A stretch of DNA of 64,000 nucleotides from an uncultured Nitrospinota bacterium (GTDB lineage: Bacteria > Tectomicrobia > Entotheonellia > J063 > CAVPRW01), in assembly GCA_963707985.1 (NCBI GenBank), contig CAVPRW010000022.1, forward strand, positions 96,001 to 160,000. Reading direction: 5' to 3'. The position numbers were made by a program, and so were the translations under genes. The notes beneath the pieces are model-generated. The model searched no databases. It worked only from the letters and a program-made list of their open reading frames with translations, and was not told the DNA's origin. Below are positions 44,597-54,319 of the stretch, piece after piece (position 1 is the first letter of the stretch; each line of letters starts with the position of its first letter).

Positions 44597-45880
44597 TCAC
44601 AGGGCTGGATGCTCCCCGGCGCCTGCAGCCCCCCACTCCGCGTCCGCTCGGTCATGGCGCGCCAGGGTGTCCCCTAGCACGGTCCCCACGCCCAGCGCCA
44701 CGACCAGCGCGCACCCCGCCAGGTAGAGGAACCCGTACCCATAGCCCGCGTGCTCGGCGATGCCCGCGAAGATCAAGGGCGTCACCGTCGCCCCGAGCTG
44801 CGCGACAGGCCGCCAGATGGCGAAGAAGCGGCCGCGGGCGAAGGGCGGGGCCAGATCGCTCCCGAGCACCTGCATCACCCCGCCGATGGTGCCCTGCGTG
44901 GCGAGCACCAGGACATAGGTCACCATGAAGAAGGTGACCGGCAGCGAGAAGAACGCGGTCAGCGACATGAGGATGACCGCCAGCGCATAGACCGTGAACC
45001 CTGGGACAATGACCCATCGCCTGCCGAACCGGTCCATGAGGTAGCCGGTCAGGAAAGGGACCGGCAGGCCGAAGACAATGGCCACGGTATTTAACAGCCC
45101 CAGTCGCTTGGGCCCCATGTCGAAGGCGTATGCCGCGTACAGGTTGAGCGTCCCGCGCTCCTGGCCCCCCCGGCTGAGGGTGGCACAGAACTGGATGACG
45201 AAGAAGGTGAGCATCTGGAACGTGCAGATGTATGCGAGGAGCGGCTTCCAGCCCTGCTTCACGAGTACCGCCTCGGCGGCATCCGTCCGGCCCCGACGGC
45301 CCGGCGCCGTCTCCTCAATCAGCGTGTAGCTGGGGATGACGGCCGCGCACACGAGGCCGGCCAGGCCCACGAAGGGCACCCAGAGGCCAAACGCTGCGGC
45401 TGAGAGCCCTCCCACGGAGGGCCCGAAGAGCTGCCCGGCGCGACTCACGCCCATCATCCATTGTAGTTGTCGGGCCCGCTGCCCATACTGGACCGTGTCG
45501 GTGATGATGGCCAGGCGTGCCTGCTGCCAGGTCTGGTGAGCCGCCCCTACGACAAATCGCCAGACCAGGAGTGCCGTGAAGGACCCAGAGAACGGGGTCA
45601 TCAGCGAGCCGACGGCCATGAGGAGCGGTCCCGCCAGCAGCACCGGCCGGCGCCCGATCTTGTCCATCAGGTAGCCCGTCGAGAAGGCCGCCACGAGCCC
45701 ACCCACGTTCATCATGACGAACACCAGAGAGGCGGTGGCGAAGCCCACCCCGAACTGCTTGGTGAAGAGCGGAATGATCGGGGTCACCAGGCTCTCCCCC
45801 AGAGCGAGCATGGCTGCAGGCAGATAGAGGGATAATACGAGTTGCCGGGACAGCACACCAGGAGAACGCTCTATAGCCAT
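44597..45880 (-). CDS. MFS transporter
   Basis: GYLMDKIGRR and GYLMDRFGRR motif A repeats; about 12 TM segments. Confidence 0.88.
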   Translation of the reverse strand: MAIERSPGVLSRQLVLSLYLPAAMLALGESLVTPIIPLFTKQFGVGFATASLVFVMMNVGGLVAAFSTGYLMDKIGRRPVLLAGPLLMAVGSLMTPFSGSFTALLVWRFVVGAAHQTWQQARLAIITDTVQYGQRARQLQWMMGVSRAGQLFGPSVGGLSAAAFGLWVPFVGLAGLVCAAVIPSYTLIEETAPGRRGRTDAAEAVLVKQGWKPLLAYICTFQMLTFFVIQFCATLSRGGQERGTLNLYAAYAFDMGPKRLGLLNTVAIVFGLPVPFLTGYLMDRFGRRWVIVPGFTVYALAVILMSLTAFFSLPVTFFMVTYVLVLATQGTIGGVMQVLGSDLAPPFARGRFFAIWRPVAQLGATVTPLIFAGIAEHAGYGYGFLYLAGCALVVALGVGTVLGDTLARHDRADAEWGAAGAGEHPAL

Positions 45881-46420
45881 CAACACCCCCACACGCACGC
45901 GACCCGACGTCCCATCGGGTCACACGTCTATGCCAGGCCTCATGTCGCCGTATGCGCGATGAACCGTCATGCCGTGATCACGGGTTCCAGGGATAGGCGT
46001 GGAAACCCCATGACTCACTGGGTCGAGCCCCACTGGCCTGACGAATGTAGCTGCCCGGTATCCGTTAGCGGCCCCCTGCCTCGCGTCGTAAGTTTTTGGA
46101 TACCGCTTGGGTTTTCTTGCGGAGCTCACATGCGGAACGATGTATTGCTCCTTTCTCCAGTTTAGGACTGGTAGGCTGGACTACGGATTCGTAATCTATT
46201 ATCCGACATCAGGGCTCAAATGTAACGTTCTCCTGAAAAGATGTGACATTCGCCGTACAGAAGGCGAGCGCATCATCCACGCACCCACATATTTCATGGG
46301 TATCCGCTCAGAAGTCTTTCTGCCTCTGGGCCACAGAGGAGCCTCACGGTATATTGAGGGCATCGATGGTCCATGCAGCGTTGGGACCTCGGCATCTGCA
46401 TTCTGTTGAGGAGTGTTATC

Positions 46421-46945
46421 ATGACTGCGATCATTCGGTGGCTCTGCGTGCTCTGCTGGATGGGCGTGATCTTCGCGCTGTCGTCCATTCCATCGTTACG
46501 GGTTCCCTTCGCCCACTCGCATGATTTTGTGCTCAGGAAACTGGCTCATATCGGGGAGTACGCCGTGCTGACCGCTCTCCTCTGGTGGGCTTTTCGAATA
46601 TATTCGAGCAGCAAGGTCCAGTCGTGGCTCCTTGCTGCACTAGCGGCGGCTCTTTATGGTGTCTCCGACGAATGGCATCAGTCCTGGATCGCCGGGCGCT
46701 ATGGCTCTTTTCGCGATATCGGCATCGATGCGCTCGGGATTGCTGCCAGTTATGCGCTGGCTCAGCACCAGCCTTACCAACGGAGCACATTTATACGGGA
46801 ATGCCCCAAATGTCACGCCATGCGCGTGTATCGGTCACGACGCCGAGGCCCCATGGAGTGGTGTGCACGTCTTCTATGGCTCGCGCCCTTCCGTTGTGAC
46901 ATTTGCAGCTATCGATTCTGGCGCTTTACCCTGCATGGCCGCTAA
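46421..46945 (+). CDS. VanZ-family membrane protein with C-terminal CxxC...CxxC zinc-ribbon extension
   Basis: RKLAHIGEY, YGVSDEWHQ; CPKC...CDIC. Confidence 0.8.
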   Translation: MTAIIRWLCVLCWMGVIFALSSIPSLRVPFAHSHDFVLRKLAHIGEYAVLTALLWWAFRIYSSSKVQSWLLAALAAALYGVSDEWHQSWIAGRYGSFRDIGIDALGIAASYALAQHQPYQRSTFIRECPKCHAMRVYRSRRRGPMEWCARLLWLAPFRCDICSYRFWRFTLHGR

Positions 46946-47206
46946 GCCTTGTGGCGATGTCCCTTCCATTCAGGGGCTAGTCAAACCATCTTCAGGATGC
47001 TTGCATACCGCAATGGTTGCAACTATATGGAGTTCCCGTTTAAGCAATTGGCCTATATGTGGCGGCCGCTACCTCGGTCTTCATGATGGTTGGGGAGAGC
47101 CGCCTATGGATTGTGGCGCATGTATACGTTACTCTGGAATATAGGCACAGGTGGGGGTACGACGCTTCACGGACGTCATCGTCCGCGACCATCGGGAGGT
47201 GAGATC

Positions 47207-47587
47207 ATGGGACCTATGGATCGCCGAATGGTGCAGGTTGCCATCTTGGCCGCCTGGATGCTCTGGCAAGAAATCTTCGTGCCGAATTCTCCTGGCCCAC
47301 CGTCGTGGCATCTCGACAGCGAGTTCTCCGGGGAGAGCGGCTGTCAGGCGGGACGGAAGACTCGCCTCATTGAGGAGCTCTTGCGCGCCGACGATGATGG
47401 GACGATGATCATTAATCAGCCCACCATCCCTGAGGGTACCGTGTGGCGAGAAGCGCCCAATGGTGACCGCACCAGAATTCGCTTCTTCTGCCTGCCCGAG
47501 ACGATTGATCCCCGCGAGTCTTGGTCGTTTATTCCCGCCGGCTTGTTGGGCGTTACATTCGCGTTACATTCTGGTAGCATCACTTGA
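47207..47587 (+). CDS. Hypothetical exported protein
   Basis: GGAGG RBS, hydrophobic N-term (AAWMLW), C-terminal FCLPETIDPR. Confidence 0.55.
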   Translation: MGPMDRRMVQVAILAAWMLWQEIFVPNSPGPPSWHLDSEFSGESGCQAGRKTRLIEELLRADDDGTMIINQPTIPEGTVWREAPNGDRTRIRFFCLPETIDPRESWSFIPAGLLGVTFALHSGSIT

Positions 47588-47589
47588 GG

Positions 47590-48239
47590 GGCGATGCATC
47601 CCGTCTGAAGGCTTCGTGAGGGCGATCGAGGAGGAGGTGCCATGGGCTGAGGTCGTCATCGATCGGCTTCACGTGGCGCGGGCCGACCGCGACTGCGCGG
47701 ACACGGTGCGCACGTAAGGAACTCAAGCGGCGCAAGCGCGCGCGGCCCACAGCTGAGTCTGCCGAGCTCAAGGGGGCGATGTGGCCGTTTCACAAGCGGC
47801 CGGCAGATCTCAAGCCGCCGGAATGGGAACTGCTCGAGCGGGCGTTCATCTGCTCGCCGAAGCGCAAGGTGGCCTACAACTTGCGGGAAGACCTGACGGC
47901 ACTGTTCGAGCGGGACTACACGAAGGTGGGGGCCAAGTGCACGATTCGGGCCTGGTGCAAACGCGTGCGTGAGAGCGGGCTGGCCGAGTTCGAAAGCTTT
48001 CTTGGGACGATCGATCGGTGGATGGACGAGATCACGCACGACTTCCAAGGACGGCAGACGAGCGGGTTTGTTGAGGGCTTCCACAACCGTGTGAAGGTGC
48101 TCAAGAGACGGTGCTACGGGATCTTCAACGTCGGAAGGCTCTTCCAACGGCTCACGCTCGACCTGCATGGCTACCAACTCTTCGGTCATACCTGACCTCA
48201 CGACATCTGGTGGCCAACCACGGCAATTCCGGGAGAGCC
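47590..48239 (+). mobile_element. ISL3-family remnant: 3' part of transposase plus right end
   Basis: VVIDRLHV, TSGFVEGFHNRVKVLKRRCYG; terminal AGAGCC (GGCTCT end) at 48234-48239. Confidence 0.8.
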
Positions 48240-49125
48240 TCTTAATTTCTGGCATCTGCCATCTCCAGGCAGCCTATATGTCATTGTCGACAAGGGAATT
48301 GAGCGGTGGACCCCCATATATCACAAGCATTTTATTCACAGATTGGTAACTGGAAGCTGGGTAGTGTCTCACTTTGCCTCCGAACTCATTGCTATATTTG
48401 GACAAAAAATTCAATCTGAGACACTACCGGAAGCTGTGCGAGCTGGCACACCAGGAAGACTGTAGTAGCGGGCTGGTCGCCTGTCAATGCCAATTTGTGG
48501 CGGATGCTAGCATCCATGGTGGCTTATTTCCCCAGCCAGAAAAGGGGTCCCAGATGATCAGCCCAGGGGGACCCTTGGCAATCAATTTTCTGGTGGCTGT
48601 GTGTACGTACAGACATGCCGGGTGTTGCCCCCGTATGGCTGTGGGGAGGGGTGCCCTGGCAAGCAACTCCCCAGCGGGGACACGGATGAGGCAAGAGGGC
48701 GTGAGGTAAGTGGTCCGTGATCCCGCTAAAAGTAGCTACAGCAGGAATGGAATATCAATGGGTTAGGGTGGGACAAAATGGAGGGGCCTTTGTCCTGGCA
48801 AGGCTCCTCCCGAAAGTGGGACAACACCTCCTGGTGGCATTGTCATAACAGACTTGTTTCAACTTGCCCCATAGGGTAGCGATTCTAGCCGCAGGGAGGC
48901 ACGAGCGGACGCTGGCAGCCACACCTGCACGCCATGGTTAGACCCAGACGCGCCGCACAGGCAGGACTGCCACTGCCCCCTCCCTGCACTGGGGCGGCGA
49001 CAACGCCATAGGCATCGTACATGCCTCTTCCCCACACCCGCTTTGGCCCACCCCTTCTACACAGCACAACGCTTTGGTCTGTTGCACTGCGATGTGAGAC
49101 GCATCTATCGCCAGCACGACCGTCT

Positions 49126-49509
49126 TTAGCGCGTGACCTTGATTGCATCGCCGTGGCAGGTCAGCGATGACCAGCAATTCGTGATCAGACTGGTGCCGCT
49201 CGGCGCCTCGCACATCACGTTGAGCAAGCCGTTACCGTCGAGGCGTGCCGCTTTCACGCGCAATTGGTCAGTCGCATCGTTCTGCGTCGGCGAGGGCGCC
49301 CACAGCATGTTCTTGCATGAGATTGCACTGAGCGCCTGGATGATCGCATACTCACGACCCTGGACGGCGTTCTCGGTGTATAGCGGCACCTGACTCCTGA
49401 GGTCACCAACTGTCGTGGGGTCAATCTGGATGTATTCAAAGAAAGGCCCAAAGCAGCCGGCGACGAGGAATGGCAATACCACGACCTGAAGTAACCGGAT
49501 CACGATCAA
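49126..49509 (-). CDS. RcsF-like lipoprotein
   Basis: Lipobox VAGC; SC...QLRVKAARLDGNG...C...C..C.GDAI cysteine pattern. Confidence 0.6.
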   Translation of the reverse strand: MIVIRLLQVVVLPFLVAGCFGPFFEYIQIDPTTVGDLRSQVPLYTENAVQGREYAIIQALSAISCKNMLWAPSPTQNDATDQLRVKAARLDGNGLLNVMCEAPSGTSLITNCWSSLTCHGDAIKVTR

Positions 49510-50172
49510 CAGAAAGTCCTCTACGCCTACTCTCGGCGGCTATTGAGCCATAGGCACCAGTCATCATGCTCGCATGGAAGCCGGCCCCTTTACTCCCATC
49601 TACTTAATAGTAAGGTTCTCACTTTGGGGTCTCACTATTGATTATCTGGAAAGCCTTCCATATAACCTCCCCTGAGCGGGTGGGGAAGATCAATCTAAAC
49701 TCCCTGTAACTAAGCTTATCCCGAAATTTTTCCGTATAATAGCATGCACGAGGATTTTATGCCTCAAGCATTTTGGCGCTATGAAAGGCAAGAGCGATGT
49801 GGGTAGTGGCCACTGGTACTGCTTAGAGTGTTCTATCGGAAGGGGATCGGGAGGGTGACCAGGCCCTCCATAGAAGTGTTACCTGTGGACCTCTTTATAC
49901 TTCTCTTGAACAATGGGGGTAGCCATACGGGAAGCCGAGCCGGACAAGTCCGGTGACAGGTGAGTTTGATCTAACCAGCAGCATGCAGCCGATGCGCTAA
50001 GGTCATCTTACCCACCGCCCAGCTTCTATCATACCCGCAACCTGATCATCCTGCCCCACAATCAACGCCCAATGGTAGGGGATACATTGGCCAAATCCTT
50101 GCGCGGCTGTCACATCTCGGGACGGAGGATACCCGCGCAGCATGATGGGCGCGGGGACCTATAGCCTCGGGC

Positions 50173-50606
50173 TTATGGCGGCGTGGGGGCCACCGGTCGC
50201 CATCCCCCTGGACATTGCTGCACGTAGGGGTAATACCCGCCCGGATTGTCACAGTAATACCACGAGGCCAATGGCGGGGGCTGGGCAGGGGCCGGTGCCG
50301 AGGGTTGCACATAGACTTGGGTGGATGGCACGGTGACGACGGGCGGGTAGCCATAGGGGTAGGCATAGGACCCCCAGTATGGCCCCCAATACGGCCCCCA
50401 GTATGGCGCGATGCCGATGCCGATACCTACCATCCGCGGTGGCGGCCTCCCCACCATGGTAGCCATGACCTCTGCCATCCATGCCCCCCGCCTCCATGCC
50501 ACCCGCCTCCATGCCCGCCCTGCCAGGCATACCCCACTCCCGCGCTGCCCAAGAGCAGCGCCGCCAGTATAACGATCATCCCCATCCACCGCTGCCGTGG
50601 TCCCAT
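50173..50606 (-). CDS. Exported Gly/Pro/Tyr-rich protein; frameshifted
   Basis: Signal peptide, GGWHGG repeats, YWGP repeats, WYYCDNPGGYYPYVQQCPGGW across two frames. Confidence 0.65.
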
Positions 50607-50958
50607 CGTCCTCACCTTCCTGACATCACCAGGTTCGTCCCCTGTGAGACTCCGCACGTACACCCATACTGGTATATTGTACCCCTAATCTCCCCGGCAT
50701 GGCCATGAGAGAGGACAGGGGGCATCGGCAGCGGATGGCCTGGGATGATACCGTTGATACGCCCTTTGCAGATGCCCGGTGTTGACATGGGTTGCAGGAG
50801 TAGCAATAGAGGCGACAGGAGTATAGCCTACGGAAGCAGGCGGACGGACGATAACACGCTAAGCCATGGCAAAGAAGCCCTCTCAGTTCAAGCGGTGGGG
50901 ACTCCCCGCCTATTCGCTGCTCCCGGAGGTGAGGCAAGGGATGCCTCGGCATGCGGTA

Positions 50959-51522
50959 TCAGGGAAGGCCCTCACGGCGGCTGCTTTTCCACCACGGCTG
51001 TTGCTCGGCTTCCTCCCGTAACAGCGAGAACCATTCCAGGTCCCGGTGTTCCCCCCGGAGAAACACGGCTTTTCTCGCGATCCCTTCACTGGTAAACCCA
51101 CACTTCTCGGCCACGCGCTTGGAGGCGAGGTTGCCAACCACCACGGTGAGTTGCAGGCGGCGGATGGTTCTGGTCTCGAACAAATAGCGGGCCAGTAACG
51201 ACAGAGCTTCGGTCATATAGCCTTTGTTCCGACTCTCCCGATCGAACAAGATATACCCAATTTCTAAGGCATCAAAAAAGCCGTTGAATTGGTAGAACCG
51301 GATGCTCCCCACGACGGCGTCGGCTTGATCCACGATGACCAGTCGTCGATGATTCCCGTCCCAGAAGCCGTGTTGGTGAAAGTCGTGTGTGAACACCGCC
51401 TCCGACGGGAACGCACGAGGGAAAAAGTCGCCGCGATTGTCGATGTCCGAATCGTAGTGAAACAAGGTCTCCAGATCTTTTTCCTGGACCACCCGCAGCG
51501 TGATATGTTCGCCTCGGATCAT
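50959..51522 (-). CDS. GNAT acetyltransferase, RimJ/RimL type
   Basis: EIGY..RNKGYMTEA, NLASKRVAEKCGF..EG. Confidence 0.88.
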   Translation of the reverse strand: MIRGEHITLRVVQEKDLETLFHYDSDIDNRGDFFPRAFPSEAVFTHDFHQHGFWDGNHRRLVIVDQADAVVGSIRFYQFNGFFDALEIGYILFDRESRNKGYMTEALSLLARYLFETRTIRRLQLTVVVGNLASKRVAEKCGFTSEGIARKAVFLRGEHRDLEWFSLLREEAEQQPWWKSSRREGLP

Positions 51523-51590
51523 GGGCAATGCTCTCTTTCCATGTGACAAGCGTCGCACGTGGCCTCACCTGGCGCGGTGGCGCGAGCCCG

Positions 51591-52007
51591 CTACCAGCCC
51601 TCCGCTAGCCACCGCGGCAGCACCGCCTTGAGGCGGGTGCGTGACGCCAGCGCCCAAGCTCCGACGATGCCCACACCATCGATCACGACATCGCGGACCG
51701 TGCCCTCACGCCCCGGCACAAACATTTGATGCCATTTATCCGAGCAGGCATACAGCGTGGCGATGAGCCTGGCCAGCAGCCAGGCAGGCATGGGGCGGTC
51801 CATGTGTTGCCGCAGGGCACCGTACACCAGGAGGGTTAGCACCGCATACACGGTCACATACGCCAGTTTGCGCAGGATAAGGTCATAGATCGGCTCGAAG
51901 GGCGAGGCTAACGAGGGGGTCGCGGAGAGGGCGAAGATGACCCCCATCCAACAGACCACCAGCAGCCACCGCACAAGGACTGCGATCCTGCCGCCAGGCT
52001 TCTCCAT
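51591..52007 (-). CDS. Second VanZ-family protein (degenerate motifs)
   Basis: WMGVIFALS, RKLAYV, YACSDKWHQ. Confidence 0.75.
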   Translation of the reverse strand: MEKPGGRIAVLVRWLLVVCWMGVIFALSATPSLASPFEPIYDLILRKLAYVTVYAVLTLLVYGALRQHMDRPMPAWLLARLIATLYACSDKWHQMFVPGREGTVRDVVIDGVGIVGAWALASRTRLKAVLPRWLAEGW

Positions 52008-52273
52008 CCACCGCCGTTCGGAAGGTGGGAACGCTCCCCAGAGTACCACAAATCCCGCCAGAATACCCCTAGGTACGGCCTCACGAGGTCTGGAGTGTTG
52101 GAATTTTCTCGCGGGGGCGACACGCGCCTCTGGCTCAGGGAGACCCTGGGGAACCTCCTCCTATCGATGGGAGATGTCAGGCTGAGACCTGCAGAGGGAC
52201 CTAGGCCAACGTCACCTTCTGTGTGTGGCTGGACATGCCCCACGACGCCGCCCTGGTAGGCCGGGGCTCACAA

Positions 52274-52422
52274 GGGTAGGTTTTTTTAGACGCGACACTG
52301 ACCCTGGGTCATTTCTCCCTCTCCCACCGGGAGAGGGCGGGGGTGAGGGGTCTTGTGCGATGACACCATCCAGCCCTCACCCTCACCCTCTCCCAGAGGG
52401 CGAGGGGACGAAAAACCTACCC
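52274..52422. repeat. About 150 bp nested palindromic (REP/MITE-like) element
   Basis: Outer IR GGGTAGGTTTTT/AAAAACCTACCC; inner CCCTCTCCC..GGGAGAGGG..GGGTGAGGG / CCCTCACCC..CCCTCTCCC; related hairpin at 33755-33780. Confidence 0.65.
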
Positions 52423-52818
52423 CAGAAAGGTAGGCCGGGGGAGGGGACGCGTCCAGCTAGGTATCTGGGGATTCCATTCTGCAGTGAGCACGATGAGAGT
52501 CAACGAGCCCGTCTGGGTGTGCAGCCACAGGCGACAAGCCTCCGGTGGGCTGGGTAGCCGGCCCACCGCAGATATGCCCCATGCTATGCCCCCTATGGCC
52601 CCTGGGGACGGGTGCCCTGGCAACCCTTTTTCTCCTAGCGCACAGGTTGCGCAGTGGGCCAGCCTGCCGTCTCGTATCCATACCCGAGTAGAACTAACCT
52701 TGCGCCTTGACGCTGCCGATCAATTCTCTGCAACAGTACCGAGCAGCATGCCACGATGGTCACACCTTTAACTCACATATAAACCTCTAATTGATACATG
52801 GTCCATACTGTGTAACCA

Positions 52819-52866
52819 TTGACATGTGGTGATACCATTACTATATTTATAAGTATATGTAATGGT
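52819..52866 (+). promoter_or_regulatory. Integrase promoter TTGACA-N17-TATATT overlapped by a 33 bp palindrome
   Basis: ACCATTAC...GTAATGGT arms at 52834-52866. Confidence 0.6.
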
Positions 52867-52908
52867 GGATATGTGTTAAATAACATCGAGAAGAAGGAAT
52901 AAGCAAGT

Positions 52909-54005
52909 ATGAGCCTCTATCAACGTGAGAAAATTGGTATTATGACTTTATGTATCGTGGTCAGCGGTACAGAGGCTGCATCGGCCCAGTGTCAAAGACC
53001 ATTGCCAAAGAAATTATGACCAAGAAGAAGGCTGAAGCGGTAGAGGGACGTTATGAGCTGCCGTCTAAGAAGCCTAGCCCCAGGCTGGATGAGTTTGTCA
53101 GAGAATACTTTGCCTACTACCAGGCCAATCGGAAGCCCCGCTCTTTACAGCGGCATCAAACGTCATACCGTGCCCTACAAGCCACGTTTGGGCACCAGCG
53201 GCTAGCAGACATCTCCCCTCTGGACATTGAGCGATACAAGCGCGAGCGGCAAGGGGCAGGGGTGAGCGGAGTCACCATTAACCGAGAGCTGGCCTTCCTC
53301 AAGAATCTCTATAGCAAGGCGGTTGAGTGGGGCAAGATGGCTGAGAACCCGGTGAAGAAAGTGCGACTCTACCGAGAGGATAATGCTAGGACACGGTTTT
53401 TACCAGAGGAAGAAGAGGCAAACCTTCTCGTCTGCTGTGGCCCGCAGCTAAGGCCCCTGGTAGTAACAGCCCTACATACCGGCTTCCGGGCTTCTGAGCT
53501 GTTATCCCTCACATGGCACGATGTAGATTTCAGACGTGGGGTGGTTACTGTGAGGGCAGGCTATGCCAAGAATGGAGAGGCCCGCAGCGTGCCGATGAAC
53601 CACACCTTGACCGGGGTGCTGAAGTTTGCTACAGTGGACGCGGCTGAGGGGGAACAAGTATTCTGCAATCGCCACGGCCAGCCTTACCGCTCCTTTCGCA
53701 CGGCCTTTGAGCGCGCGGTAGCGCAGGCAGGCATTGCTGACTTCACGTTCCACGACCTCAGACACACGTTTGCGAGCAGGCTGGTGATGGCAGGGGTTGA
53801 CCTTCCAACGGTGAAAGAGCTAATGGGGCATAAAGACATTACCATGACATTGCGCTATGCCCACCTGTCCAGCGATCATAAGCAGGCAGCGGTGCGGAGG
53901 CTAGAGCAGTTTCCGGCAAAAGTCCCCACAAATTTCACCACACCCCAAATTAGCCGCACTAGCAATGCCGCGCAACTAGTTGACAATTCAGGCATGGGCC
54001 GCTAG
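52909..54005 (+). CDS. Phage-type tyrosine integrase; frameshift about 52930
   Basis: TGFRASEL, AKNG, FHDLRHT, MGHKD..LRYAH catalytic motifs; MSLYQR...WYYDF N-term one base out of frame. Confidence 0.9.
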
Positions 54006-54068
54006 CTCAACTGGCAGAGCAACGGACTCTTAATCCGTAGGTTGAAGGTTCGATTCCTTCGCGGCTCA
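53996..54068 (+). tRNA. tRNA-Lys(CTT), CCA not encoded
   Basis: Cloverleaf; ACGGA-CTCTTAA-TCCGT anticodon arm; GGTTCGATT. Confidence 0.95.
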
Positions 54069-54121
54069 TTGTGTTCCCACAGTGGCATCCCTCAAAGGCC
54101 ATCAGCTTCGGGGTGTGTGAG

Positions 54122-54201
54122 GCGAGGGTGGCGGAATTGGCAGACGCGCCAGACTTAGGATCTGGTGGGCAACCGTGGGGGTTCGAGTCCCCCCTCTCGC
54201 A
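54122..54201 (+). tRNA. tRNA-Leu(TAG)
   Basis: GCGAGGG/CTCTCGC acceptor; CCAGA-CTTAGGA-TCTGG; variable arm. Confidence 0.93.
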
Positions 54202-54319
54202 TACCATCGCCATCTCGGCTAACGATACAGCGTTCGAGCCAGTGGATGTATTTGGTATTGGGCCGCAGTGAGACTGCACGCGAGACGCACATGGCCGGTG
54301 TGAATGAAGGAGTCGGTGC

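Noticed and set aside
50369..50520. Short tandem repeats as a CRISPR-like array
   Set aside because: They encode YWGP and GGWH peptide repeats and have no spacers
43750..52900. Partner att copy of the tRNA-Lys 5' end
   Set aside because: No convincing match found by eye, so the island's left boundary is not assigned
53980..53985. TTGACA as the -35 box of tRNA-Lys
   Set aside because: Only 10 bp before the mature tRNA start; no room for a -10 box
52909..54005. Integron integrase (IntI)
   Set aside because: No IntI-specific insertion before the HxLRH motif; N-terminus is of phage arm-binding type
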